A stretch of DNA of 27,585 nucleotides from positions 1 to 27,585 of the forward strand of contig JBHLRZ010000037.1 of assembly GCA_048882045.1 (NCBI GenBank), in the 5' to 3' direction. The stretch comes from Candidatus Thorarchaeota archaeon (lineage in GTDB: Archaea; Asgardarchaeota; Thorarchaeia; Thorarchaeales; Thorarchaeaceae). The notes under the pieces were generated by a model. The model was not told the DNA's origin. It saw only the letters and a list, made by a program, of their open reading frames with translations, and made no database searches. Below are positions 9,253-17,196 of this stretch, in pieces; position 1 is the stretch's first letter; each line of letters begins with the position of its first letter. A program made the position numbers and the translations under genes.

Positions 9253-11226
9253 TTAATATTGTTCAGGCTTGGCTAGTCTTGGTAACCTCAACATACCAAG
9301 ACGGAGACCTGCAATGAACCAACCGATAATCGATAGTATCTCCAAGCTGACCACAAATGTGACCATCAATGACACCATCAATGCTATCATACTCGGTGTT
9401 GGCATTCCTGCAAAGGTAATCAAGATCAGAACAACGACTATACCCGCAGCCACCAGTCCTGCCATTGTTGATACCTTGAGAAGATTCCCTTCAAAAATAT
9501 GACCTTCGTCTTCAACATCATTTGCTAGACTCAGATTGAGTGATATCACCAAAATGGAGCTGACTGAGTAAAGTGCTAATAACAATGCAGCACCAGTGTT
9601 GGCTTCGTGACCCACTGATTCGTTCCCAGCAATAACAGGAATCATGAACGAAATGAGGAAACTAGCACCCATGAGTACTCCGCCAGTTGCATATCCTCTG
9701 CCGTAAGAGTATCCAGCAAGACTGACATTCCGAATGAATAGCATAAGGAGTGGTAGTATAATGACCGTCGCAATCTGAATTGCAGGAGGTATACCTGGGA
9801 ACAAAGAGATGTTGAACCATCTATTCGTGGGCCATAGAGCAAGAGGTCCACTACCAAATCCTCCAAGCATGAAAGTGATAATCAAAGCCGATGATATTAT
9901 GCTGCTCAAGACAGTCAAAACTGGTTGTGAAAAGCCTGTGAATCCTCTCCACCAAGATTCTATCATTAAAAAGAACTGAGTGATTATGATTGCCAACCAT
10001 GGATAGATGACAAGACCTGAAATTGTAGCGGGGTGCACCATAATGAAAACTGATGCAACAACAAGCGGTAGACCAGTAATGATGTCGGTCTTCGCTGCGT
10101 AGAGGGCTCCCATCATGAACATGATTCCAGCAGGTGATATCACAAGTATGAAACCCCAACCCCCTATACCCTCATAAAATCCGCTTGCCTCAGTTGATGC
10201 TAGAATCCCAAAAATCGCGAGGAACAGCATCACAATCTTACTACCTCCCTTAACAATATCCTCTCCAATTGTAGCTGCTTTCAGTTCCTTTGCTCCTAGT
10301 CTTGGAGAAAGCATGATCCAAGAGACCATCATTGCGAGGATGGCAAAAATGAGTGCAGGATTTGTCTGATATGTGGTTTCACTGGACAGTGTACTCCATG
10401 GTTTCCAGACTATGACTCCAGTAACATCAGTCAGTGGTCCCATAATTACAGCCAAGAATCCAATAGCGAAAGTTAAGAAACCTGTTAGACCGAATGCGAA
10501 TTTTGCCTTTCCTGGACTTCTGGCATACTCACGTATTCCATCCATCGGTCCCCACCAAAAGAGAAGTCCCGTCAATTGGCCGACTAGTAATAATCCATAG
10601 GCTGCATATGTGAAGAGAACCCCTAGAACCTGACCTATTGCGAGTACGGGAATGAACAATATATTACACATTCCAGCTAGAAATCCGATCCATGTCTTGC
10701 TAGAATCTGTGTAAATTATTGAACTAATCTGCCATGTCACAATAAATACTGTACCCAAGAGGTACAGAGATCGGAGGAAATCGGGAATAAGTGCTTCATT
10801 ATAAACTGCTCCAAAGTTGAACCAATAATGCGCTAGAACTAGAACCGCTGAGAAGGCCGCTACCAAGAAAATATTAGCAAGACCACTGCCAAGTTTTCCA
10901 CTGAGGTCTTTCGATCCCTGATATTGTAGCAGAAGACTCACAGCCATCAGGGCCATAAATCCAATCGCAAATAGGGGATATTGTAAACTACCACCAAACA
11001 CCCAATCAAGGGGAGAATCACTAATTATTTCCCAAGGAATTGATGGCACTGGAACTAATGCTGCTCCTGAAAGAATTCCTAAGGCTGCGGCTATGATTCC
11101 GAAAATGCTACCGAATCCGGCTAGTCTTCCAACAGCACCTGATTCCCCAGAATCACGAATTACAGAAGTTATAGAGCTCAACTGGGCCATTTCTAACCTT
11201 CCTCGTATGTGGTTGTCAATCACCAC
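9253..11226 (-). CDS. Large polytopic hypothetical membrane protein
   Basis: 657-aa ORF that is hydrophobic almost throughout (well over 12 candidate TM segments). The start could be the internal ATG (MAQLSS). Confidence 0.75.
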   Translation of the reverse strand: MVIDNHIRGRLEMAQLSSITSVIRDSGESGAVGRLAGFGSIFGIIAAALGILSGAALVPVPSIPWEIISDSPLDWVFGGSLQYPLFAIGFMALMAVSLLLQYQGSKDLSGKLGSGLANIFLVAAFSAVLVLAHYWFNFGAVYNEALIPDFLRSLYLLGTVFIVTWQISSIIYTDSSKTWIGFLAGMCNILFIPVLAIGQVLGVLFTYAAYGLLLVGQLTGLLFWWGPMDGIREYARSPGKAKFAFGLTGFLTFAIGFLAVIMGPLTDVTGVIVWKPWSTLSSETTYQTNPALIFAILAMMVSWIMLSPRLGAKELKAATIGEDIVKGGSKIVMLFLAIFGILASTEASGFYEGIGGWGFILVISPAGIMFMMGALYAAKTDIITGLPLVVASVFIMVHPATISGLVIYPWLAIIITQFFLMIESWWRGFTGFSQPVLTVLSSIISSALIITFMLGGFGSGPLALWPTNRWFNISLFPGIPPAIQIATVIILPLLMLFIRNVSLAGYSYGRGYATGGVLMGASFLISFMIPVIAGNESVGHEANTGAALLLALYSVSSILVISLNLSLANDVEDEGHIFEGNLLKVSTMAGLVAAGIVVVLILITFAGMPTPSMIALMVSLMVTFVVSLEILSIIGWFIAGLRLGMLRLPRLAKPEQY

Positions 11227-11334
11227 TAGTCGCGATGGGTACGAAGTGGTACCCCTTAAATGAGTATCGGACAGTGCTTCTGCAATACTTAATACTCTCG
11301 TCGCAAAACAGAAACAAATGTGGTGATTATCAAA

Positions 11335-11484
11335 ATGGGATCAGATTTTGAGCTCTATGTTAAAGGAAACCGAATAGAGATGAATGACTTCGTGGCTAGT
11401 GTTGTTAGTGATGTTCTGTTGGCGATACTATCAAATCTTCGCGACGTTGACTTGGACAAGATAGAGCTGGTCGAAATATCATAG
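11335..11484 (+). CDS. Small 49-aa protein resembling the C-terminal extension domain of archaeal/anaerobe MobB proteins
   Basis: Not in ORF track. Translation MGSDFELYVKGNRIEMNDFVASVVSDVLLAILSNLRDVDLDKIELVEIS; GGTGA SD at 11322-11326; ends 31 nt before aor. Similarity is to the recalled pattern 'L.VNG..I.LN.FV..II...I.GMV..LKGV...I.I'. Confidence 0.7.
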   Translation: MGSDFELYVKGNRIEMNDFVASVVSDVLLAILSNLRDVDLDKIELVEIS

Positions 11485-11515
11485 ACATTTCAAATGCGTT
11501 CATGAGGAAAACAGA

Positions 11516-13330
11516 ATGGACGGATGGAACGGTAAGATACTCTGGATTGATCTAACAGGTGAATCAACACAAGAGGAAGAGCTTCCATATGACGCTTATG
11601 TAGACTTTGTTGGAGGAAAGGGACTAGGGACATTTCTCCTCTATCGTGAATTAAAAGCACGAATTGATCCATTAGGTCCTGAGAATATTCTCCTCTTCAT
11701 GACAGGTCCCCTTCAAGGTTTGCCCGCTCCGAGTGTTGGCCGATGGTCACTCGTAACCAAATCTCCTTTAACAGGATTGTATTTAGATACTCATTGCGGT
11801 GGTCCTCTTGGACGTGAGATCAAGAATGCTGGATATGATGCCATAGGGGTAAAAGGAAAATCCGCTGCACCGATTACGCTCATTATTGATGATAACAATG
11901 TAAGGTTTGAAGATGCACACGACCTATGGGGAAAGAGTACTCATGAGGCAACGAGGATACTTCATGAAAACACAACAGATGGTTCAGCAGTATATGTGAT
12001 TGGTCCTGCGGGAGAGAACTTGGTCCTCATTGCCATAGGGTGTTGCGAGCTTGCACATCAGACAGGACGTGGTGGTGCCGGAGCTGTTCTTGGTTCGAAG
12101 AACCTGAAAGGTCTTGTCGTTAGAGGAACTGGGAAGATCAGAGCATCAAATAGTGAGGAAATTCGTGAAGTGAATAGGGAAGTGACCAAGGTCTGGAATG
12201 AAAAACCAGATGTCGATTTCAAAAAGTATGGAACACCTTTCCTAGTTGAAGTTTCAAACGAACGGGGCCAGTTTCCGACAAGAAACTGGAAAAATGGATA
12301 CTTCGATGGTTATGAATCATTGACTCCTGAGGAGATGGCGCAGTGGTATGTTGGTGCCAACCAATCTTGTCCTCATTGTATAATGCGTTGTACACATGCG
12401 TATAGAACGAGTGATCCTAGAAATTCCAGTGTTGAAGTAGAAGCAACAACAGAATATGAAACACTCGGTTTATTGGGGGGAAACATTGGAGTCAAAGACG
12501 CTCAGTGTGTCTTCCAATTAACACATCTCTGTGACAGTCTTGGACTAGACACGATTGGGACAGGATCAATCATAGGATTTGCTATGGAGGCTTATGAACG
12601 AGGATTACTGTCTGAAGCTGACATTGGTTTCCCCTTGCCATTTGGAGACTGTAAAGCAGCGAAGAAACTTGTTGTAATGATCGCAAACCGCGATGGATTT
12701 GGAGAAACTTTGGCGCGAGGAACCCTTCATGCTGCCAAAGAGATAGGGAAAGAAAGTGAATCATTTGCAGTTACATTCAAGGGATTGGATGTTCCTGCTT
12801 GGGATCCTAGAGGGAAGAAAGGCATGGGACTATCCTATGCAACAGCTGATGTGGGATCAAGCCACCTAAGAGGTTGGCCTCAGACTTCCGATCAACCTGA
12901 TTCATCGGCCCTCGATGTAATTGAGTCACTGATTGAACAACGTGGAATCAAGATACTTCGAGATAGCTTAGTAGTCTGTCATTTCACATATCATATGCCT
13001 CTCACACATGATCAGAACATCAGAATGCTCAGAGGAGCAACAGGAGTCGACTACAACAAGAAATCGATCGACCTTTTCACACATAGGGTCGAAACTCTGG
13101 CAAGATTGTTCAACGTTCGAGAAGGCATCTCACGAAAGGACGATACCATTCCACAGCGATTTTGGGAAAACGAAACTCATGGTCCTGCTGGAGGAATGAA
13201 GGTGTTTGTTGACAAAGATGACTTCGAAAGATCACTCGACAGATACTATGAATTGTTAGGTTGGAGCAAAGATGGGGTTCCTACAGATGAAACAATCGAG
13301 AAACTCGGATTGGCCAAACTTGTAAAATGA
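11516..13330 (+). CDS. aor: Aldehyde:ferredoxin oxidoreductase family (tungstopterin, 4Fe-4S)
   Basis: GWNGKILWIDL, GGKGLG, TKSPLTG, IGPAGENLV, GRGGAGAVLGSKNLKG, CPHCIMRC, EYET, CDSLGLDT, DSLVVC, YYELLGW..DGVPT.ET.EKLGL. Confidence 0.95.
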   Translation: MDGWNGKILWIDLTGESTQEEELPYDAYVDFVGGKGLGTFLLYRELKARIDPLGPENILLFMTGPLQGLPAPSVGRWSLVTKSPLTGLYLDTHCGGPLGREIKNAGYDAIGVKGKSAAPITLIIDDNNVRFEDAHDLWGKSTHEATRILHENTTDGSAVYVIGPAGENLVLIAIGCCELAHQTGRGGAGAVLGSKNLKGLVVRGTGKIRASNSEEIREVNREVTKVWNEKPDVDFKKYGTPFLVEVSNERGQFPTRNWKNGYFDGYESLTPEEMAQWYVGANQSCPHCIMRCTHAYRTSDPRNSSVEVEATTEYETLGLLGGNIGVKDAQCVFQLTHLCDSLGLDTIGTGSIIGFAMEAYERGLLSEADIGFPLPFGDCKAAKKLVVMIANRDGFGETLARGTLHAAKEIGKESESFAVTFKGLDVPAWDPRGKKGMGLSYATADVGSSHLRGWPQTSDQPDSSALDVIESLIEQRGIKILRDSLVVCHFTYHMPLTHDQNIRMLRGATGVDYNKKSIDLFTHRVETLARLFNVREGISRKDDTIPQRFWENETHGPAGGMKVFVDKDDFERSLDRYYELLGWSKDGVPTDETIEKLGLAKLVK

Positions 13331-13338
13331 TTCTGCAG

Positions 13339-13785
13339 TCAAAATACTCTATGACCAAAATCTCGAAGCATATGGACCTCTTTTCTTTCCTCTTTGTAAT
13401 CTGAGGCTGTATACAGATCAAACAAATCAGCACGAGAAACATCGAAGATTGCGTTCAGTGCTCTCAGACCTTTCGTCTCAGCGATTTCGTTTGCCTTTTG
13501 AAGCATTTGAGTTCCTATATCAGATCCTTCCAGTGCATCTTCAATCTCAAAGTGTTTGATGTATCCTACTCTGCCCAATGCTGGATCCTTGGCAACATCA
13601 AGTTTGAGGGCTGCAACAACCATCCGACTAGTAGCTGCAATAACATACATAGTTTCAGTACTAGCTCCAACTGGTGTTGAGGCAGTATGTGCAACGAGGC
13701 GTTGGAAGTTAAGACCTTCCCGAACGTAAAACTCCTCTATTAAAGTGCGGTCTTGTGCCGTGGCAAGCCGAACATCAATTTCCAT
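13339..13785 (-). CDS. GNAT-fold acetyltransferase-like protein
   Basis: IDVRLAT..D start, beta strands YVIAA/VVAAL, GYIKHFEI...EGSDIGTQML (motif A-like), LYTASDY (motif B-like). GGAGG SD upstream. Confidence 0.75.
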   Translation of the reverse strand: MEIDVRLATAQDRTLIEEFYVREGLNFQRLVAHTASTPVGASTETMYVIAATSRMVVAALKLDVAKDPALGRVGYIKHFEIEDALEGSDIGTQMLQKANEIAETKGLRALNAIFDVSRADLFDLYTASDYKEERKEVHMLRDFGHRVF

Positions 13786-13801
13786 GTGTTGAAGTCCTCC
13801 G

Positions 13802-13816
13802 AGTTTGATTCAAACT
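13802..13816. promoter_or_regulatory. Perfect 7-1-7 palindrome AGTTTGA-T-TCAAACT, candidate operator
   Basis: Directly seen immediately upstream of the SD of the GNAT gene. Function inferred. Confidence 0.35.
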
Positions 13817-13850
13817 GAAACTCAACTCATTAGAAGTGTTTTACTAAGGT

Positions 13851-13934
13851 GTAATTTAATCTGGTGTAACATGCTACTTTCTGAGGGAAATCGATTAGTA
13901 GATAGAATTATGATAAAGAGTAATTTAATTTGGT
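13851..13934. repeat. Direct repeat GTAATTTAAT(C/T)TGGT x2 in AT-rich intergenic region
   Basis: Copies at 13851-13865 and 13920-13934, 14/15 identical. Confidence 0.55.
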
Positions 13935-13964
13935 TTGACAACCAATAACCTATCAGATGAAGTC

Positions 13965-14072
13965 ATGACAGTTAATGATGAAAATCAATCAATCTTGCTT
14001 CCACTTATCCTGTTTGTATGCCTAATCATCTTGCTCCTTGCTCTGGCAATAATATACCTGCCCAGATTGTAG
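13965..14072 (+). CDS. Putative single-pass membrane microprotein (35 aa; 45 aa from TTG 13935)
   Basis: Not in ORF track. Translation MTVNDENQSILLPLILFVCLIILLLALAIIYLPRL; the stop lies 3 nt from the convergent stop of the MinD-like gene. Confidence 0.5.
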   Translation: MTVNDENQSILLPLILFVCLIILLLALAIIYLPRL

Positions 14073-14075
14073 AGA

Positions 14076-14828
14076 TCATTTCATAATTCTGAAGATTTCT
14101 TGCATATTCTTTGTGAATTCACTATCTGGATGTCGCAAAGTCACCACATATCGGCTTCCAGTTTCAATGAGTAGTGGAAGTAGTGGAATGATGGTGGCAA
14201 CACTTGTCTTGAATTTCTGCTCGACCTCTTTAATGATTGCTTTATTCTCATAGATTCCAGGTTTCTTGTTGATTATAATCTTGATTTCTGGGACTTGCAG
14301 TTTACGAGCAACACTCAATGTAGCTGCTGTACCAAGGAGGTCCTGTTCGTCGATCCTGGCAACAACAAAGAGATAGTCCGCAGTCGCCATGGAGAGTAGG
14401 GTTTCTCTATCCAATCCTGGATGCGTGTCAATGATGAGGTAATCTAGGTCTTTCTTCTTAATAACATCGGTGAATCCCTTCTTGAGGTCTCCAACTTCAT
14501 ATCCTTCTCTGAGAATACGTGTGATGTCAGTAGCAGTCATGGAACTTGGAATTAGAAACAGTTTGCCCTGTTTGATACTCAATCTATCAGTCAGATCGAC
14601 ACATGCATCAGTGATGTCGCATGATCCCCTGAGATAGTCATTGAGGGTATACTTCATCTTCTCTCTACCCAGACCAAAAATCACGTGGATTCCCGGTGAA
14701 GCCATATCTGTGTCCATGACTGCTACTCGTTTTCCATCGAGTGCTGCCATTGCTGCTAGATTGGCAGCAATATTGGACTTGCCTGTTCCACCTCTAAAAC
14801 TATGAATTGATACTATCTTACCTGACAT
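14076..14828 (-). CDS. MinD/ParA-family P-loop ATPase
   Basis: KIVSIHSFRGGTGKSNIAANLA (deviant Walker A with Arg), RVAVMDTDMASPG, DYLIIDTHPG (Walker B), IIINK. Confidence 0.92.
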   Translation of the reverse strand: MSGKIVSIHSFRGGTGKSNIAANLAAMAALDGKRVAVMDTDMASPGIHVIFGLGREKMKYTLNDYLRGSCDITDACVDLTDRLSIKQGKLFLIPSSMTATDITRILREGYEVGDLKKGFTDVIKKKDLDYLIIDTHPGLDRETLLSMATADYLFVVARIDEQDLLGTAATLSVARKLQVPEIKIIINKKPGIYENKAIIKEVEQKFKTSVATIIPLLPLLIETGSRYVVTLRHPDSEFTKNMQEIFRIMK

Positions 14829-16095
14829 GACTCAACACCCTTTCTTTTGGCCATTTAACATGATTTCCTAATGTTCGTAGTACTTCAAGTATTCTTGTTG
14901 CTGGAATCCCTGACCGTTCTTCTATCTCCCGGATTGATAGGCTTCCGTTACAGTATTTCCAGATAGAATCTACGACATCAAAGTCCTTTTTCTTAATTCC
15001 TATGACCTCAAGATATGCAACAAATCGCTCATCTCGGTCCTCCATTATTGGATATAATTTTGCGATTCGAACAATTCCTTTCGCAATTAGTTGCGCAAGA
15101 ACCTCATCCGTTTGATCTCGAATAAGACCGCTTATGTCGTGCATCTCTGCAACAGTCGTAACATTGGTAGCTGCATTGACCATTCTCAATGCTCCTGATT
15201 GAATGCTCTCTGAGAACGAAGAGAGAGCCATCTTGGTTTCTCGACGACTATCTTCTGGCGACATGACAAGTTCAACAGCATCATAATCGTAGAATGAGAT
15301 TGGTCCATCGATTTTCTCTGGTACGAATTTTCTTGCATCTGAAAAACTGGTCAACTCAACTAATGATATGAATGGATTCAAGAGTTCGAGGTATGTCTGC
15401 TCTGAAAGTCCCTTCTGGACAACAAATGCACATACTCCTTTCTTGGTAAGTTTCTTGAAAAGAATGGTTGTGTTCTTGTCCAGACTTGAATGCTCTTTCG
15501 TTTCAGCTGTTTCCTTGATTGAAGGGAGGAAATCAAGAACCGCCTCGAGTTCATATGCTCGAAGATTGGAAACAGCTACATGGCCATCATAAGTAACCAT
15601 CCCTCCCCGTAAAATGTCCCGGTTGATTTCGACCTCTGCAAGAACCTGTTTTAATCGGTTCAATTCCTGCGCAGGAAGCAAAACAGTCTTGTACCTTCTA
15701 GCCAGACCTGGAATTCCATCGAACTTTTGAAGAGTAGTTTCAACGACATCCGCAAATGGTTGGAACTTCTTTGAATGAGGAAGATCTTTCCTGATTTCTT
15801 CATAGAACGTAGAAACGAACTGATCCGCTAGGTCTTGAAGAATGACGCGATGAATCTCGCCACTGTCATCCTCTGAAACTAGAGCTATGAAGTAGAGATC
15901 TCCTTTGCGTTCCCAAACGAGCTTGTTCTGGTCAAATGACATGACTGTGATTCTGTCTTGGCTTACCTCTTTGGCAAATGAACCGACTGCAGAAAGAAAT
16001 GCCGCTGCTAACTCATCTAGCTTACGCGTACCACTCACTGAGTAGTGAAACAACAGTATACCAGAGTCACGCAGAACGACTATCTCCTTTACCAA
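14818..16095 (-). CDS. Longin + roadblock/profilin-like insert + tandem winged-helix protein (NPRL2/NPRL3-like architecture)
   Basis: N-terminal longin pattern (IVVLRDSGILLFHY...FLSAVGSFAKEV...LYFIALV...ILQDLADQFVSTF) and two C-terminal wHTH-like units (TTVAEMHDISGL...VLAQLIAKGIV; CNGSLSIREIEERSGIPATRILEVL). TTG start with GGAGG SD; overlaps the MinD-like gene by 11 nt. Confidence 0.75.
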   Translation of the reverse strand: MVKEIVVLRDSGILLFHYSVSGTRKLDELAAAFLSAVGSFAKEVSQDRITVMSFDQNKLVWERKGDLYFIALVSEDDSGEIHRVILQDLADQFVSTFYEEIRKDLPHSKKFQPFADVVETTLQKFDGIPGLARRYKTVLLPAQELNRLKQVLAEVEINRDILRGGMVTYDGHVAVSNLRAYELEAVLDFLPSIKETAETKEHSSLDKNTTILFKKLTKKGVCAFVVQKGLSEQTYLELLNPFISLVELTSFSDARKFVPEKIDGPISFYDYDAVELVMSPEDSRRETKMALSSFSESIQSGALRMVNAATNVTTVAEMHDISGLIRDQTDEVLAQLIAKGIVRIAKLYPIMEDRDERFVAYLEVIGIKKKDFDVVDSIWKYCNGSLSIREIEERSGIPATRILEVLRTLGNHVKWPKERVLSHVR

Positions 16096-16135
16096 CAGGT
16101 GGCCTCCTTCTCACGGCTTTTCTTTCTCAACACTG

Positions 16136-16153
16136 AAAGGATTTAATTCCTTT
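16136..16153. promoter_or_regulatory. Inverted repeat AAAGGA-TTTAAT-TCCTTT; possible TATA/operator or hairpin between the two longin genes
   Basis: 6-bp arms seen directly. The minus strand reads AAAGGAATTAAAT, BRE/TATA-like, about 45 nt upstream of the 16095 start. Confidence 0.3.
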
Positions 16154-16174
16154 GTCAAGAGGACATTGAGGAGA

Positions 16175-17155
16175 TTATTCATTGGATTCTTCCGCAAGAC
16201 CACTGACTTCAATTTGGTTCCACTTTACTTCGTCACCTAACTTCTCAAGAACTTCGTAAAGTCTCTCTGGTACAACTCCCAGCCTCTCACTTACCTCGAC
16301 CAGGGGTCTGGTCCCATTACACAGAGTCTTCGCTCGCTCAAGCAGCTGGTAGTCTTTACTTGGAAGACCGATCAAGTCTAAATATGCGTCAAATCGTGCG
16401 TCGTTCTCCTTTATTATTGGACAGAGTTTTGAGATCTTCAAGAGTCCTCTAATTGCAAGATATTCGACAACTTCTGATATCTCTTCATCAGCCACGCCCA
16501 AATCTCTACTCATATCATGTATCGATGTTTTTCCATCAATCGCGGTAAGGATTCTGTTGCCTGATGCACCTAGGTCCCGATGAAATTCGTCGAGAAATTC
16601 ACCTGACTTTAAGGCTGCATCAAGATATTCCCTTTGCATTTGCGGGATAACGAAAGAGCTGAGACTCGATGTAACTATGAGAATTCCCTCATAATATGTG
16701 AAGACGCTACGCACCTCATTCTCAAAGTCCATGAATACATCCAATACAGGGATGTCCATCCTGAGCTCAGTTTCATATCGTGTAAGAAACCTCTTGCTCA
16801 GCTCACGAAGTACTGCTCTGAGTACATTCTCTGAAGAACCAGTTTCGACTAGAAAGATGAATAGATAGTTTGATCCATATTGTTCGTATAAAAGTTCAGA
16901 ACCCTCGAAAGTAAGACTTTGGATTGATTTTTCGCCAAACTCAGATGCAAAACTTGTGATTGCAGTCAGAAATCCTGACAGTAACTCATCTAATTTCCGT
17001 TCCTCAGATACTGAGTAATGGAAAATTGGGCTTCCTCCTGCTGTCAGAACCATGAATTCTTTCACACCGAGTTTTCCGACCAAGACTGAATCTCCTTGGG
17101 TCTGTCCAGATTCCGAACTGTCTTTAAGATATCGCATGAATCCCGAAACATCCAT
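16175..17155 (-). CDS. Longin + tandem winged-helix protein (NPRL2-like), paralog of the downstream gene
   Basis: FMVLTAGGSPIFHYSVSEERKLDELLSGFLTAITSFASEF longin start; ILTAIDGKTSIHDMSRDLGV...VVEYLAIRGLL and CNGTRPLVEVSERLGV wHTH units. ATG 17155 preferred because 17221 would overlap the divergent gene. Confidence 0.78.
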   Translation of the reverse strand: MDVSGFMRYLKDSSESGQTQGDSVLVGKLGVKEFMVLTAGGSPIFHYSVSEERKLDELLSGFLTAITSFASEFGEKSIQSLTFEGSELLYEQYGSNYLFIFLVETGSSENVLRAVLRELSKRFLTRYETELRMDIPVLDVFMDFENEVRSVFTYYEGILIVTSSLSSFVIPQMQREYLDAALKSGEFLDEFHRDLGASGNRILTAIDGKTSIHDMSRDLGVADEEISEVVEYLAIRGLLKISKLCPIIKENDARFDAYLDLIGLPSKDYQLLERAKTLCNGTRPLVEVSERLGVVPERLYEVLEKLGDEVKWNQIEVSGLAEESNE

Positions 17156-17196
17156 ATCGTTTCCTGATTTCCAAGACTCATCGGTCAGGTGAGAAA

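Noticed and set aside
13851-13934. Direct repeat pair as a mini-CRISPR
   Set aside because: Only two 15-bp copies with a 54-bp gap, and no cas genes; too short for CRISPR repeats.
14076-14828. Canonical MinCDE or ParABS system
   Set aside because: No MinC, MinE or ParB homolog was recognised in the window.
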